Notes under the pieces: generated by a model
What the model was told of the DNA's origin: nothing
Databases searched by the model: none
The model's input: only the letters and a program-made list of their open reading frames with translations
Translations under genes and position numbers: made by a program
In this document: piece after piece, positions 63,531 to 64,000 of the stretch
Numbering within the stretch: the first letter of the stretch is position 1
Layout: every line of letters begins with the position of its first letter
Assembly (NCBI GenBank): GCA_052298855.1
Contig: DAVZXP010000005.1
Span: 109,253 to 173,252, forward strand
DNA length: 64,000 nt
Direction of reading: 5' to 3'
Source: Candidatus Fimenecus sp.
GTDB taxonomy: Bacteria; Bacillota; Clostridia; Oscillospirales; Acutalibacteraceae

Positions 63531-64000
63531 TTATTTTGCTTCCTTTTCAGCCTTTTCCTCAGCCTTGTTTTTGTCTTTTCCGCCAAGAACAAGGTTTGCT
63601 ACGATACCGAGGATAAGCGCACAGGCAACCTCTGTAAGAGTAACCTTACCGAATGAAAGTGTGAGTCCGCCGATACCGCAGATAAGGATGATTGCAACAA
63701 CAAAGAGGTTTCTGTTATCGCCGAGGTCAACGTCCTGAATCATTTTAAGACCGCTTACTGCGATAAAGCCGTAAAGAGTGATGCAAACGCCGCCCATTAC
63801 GCAGTTGGGGATTGTTGAAAGGAAGGTTACGAACGGTCCGAAGAATGAAATTACGATTGACATAATTGCCGTTGCAAGGATTGTAACTACCGAAGCGTTA
63901 CCTGTGATAGCAACGCAGCCTACCGACTCGCCGTAAGTTGTGTTCGGGCAGCCGCCGAAGAAAGCACCTGCTATCGAGCCTACGCCGTCGCCGAGGAGAG
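63531..64000 (-). CDS. NCS2-family uracil/xanthine permease, C-terminal part (gene continues beyond the window)
   Basis: Translation beyond the listed Met stays open to the window edge and reads GDGVGSIAGAFFGGCPNTTYGESVGCVAITG, typical of UraA/PyrP. Confidence 0.8.
   Translation of the reverse strand, partial: LLGDGVGSIAGAFFGGCPNTTYGESVGCVAITGNASVVTILATAIMSIVISFFGPFVTFLSTIPNCVMGGVCITLYGFIAVSGLKMIQDVDLGDNRNLFVVAIILICGIGGLTLSFGKVTLTEVACALILGIVANLVLGGKDKNKAEEKAEKEAK

Overview
This is a 64-kb chromosomal window from a spore-forming Clostridia-type Firmicute, as shown by spoIIID, spoIVA and bofA. A dockerin-bearing secreted protein suggests a Ruminococcus/Oscillospiraceae-like gut anaerobe, but that is inference only. 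No searches were run: every family call rests on motifs read from the supplied translations and DNA. The backbone is ordinary: groES-groEL with a perfect CIRCE operator, upp, rpiB, tsaB/tsaE, a SEDS protein, pcrA, several ABC/MacB-type transporters, a GH2 glycosidase, an M16 peptidase, an A-type flavoprotein, an ABC-F protein, a Hanks kinase and an AgrA/AgrC-like two-component pair. Four things are not ordinary. (1) A ~14.9-kb integrative island (about 13251-28107) splits a tRNA-Pro(TGG) gene in its anticodon loop and carries its own intact tRNA-Pro(TGG). It also has two tandem tyrosine integrases, an Xis-like HTH, phased GTGGTC arm repeats and four copies of a 32-nt junction-like motif. Its AT-rich cargo holds two methyltransferase-centred modules. 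One is a hybrid m6A+m5C methyltransferase followed by three small ORFs, one LAGLIDADG-like and the other two carrying PD-(D/E)xK-like nuclease motifs. The other is an m5C methyltransferase placed 3 nt upstream of a GHKL (MORC/MutL-like) ATPase fused to a TIR-like domain. I do not recognise that pair as a named defence system, and it is the top candidate for something undescribed. (2) Four mosaic intergenic clusters are built from GTAGG-flanked GC-rich hairpins (REP-like) and longer shared modules. The window also has a RAYT/IS200-like Y1 transposase whose own coding sequence contains the REP as a 22-bp perfect inverted repeat. (3) A perfect 2 x 160-bp tandem duplication of a highly structured sequence lies in the tsaE/SEDS divergent region. 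(4) Two clear operator architectures are present: three 19-bp palindromes at an XRE gene, and twin GTTAGC-N4-GCTAAC palindromes over a consensus promoter.
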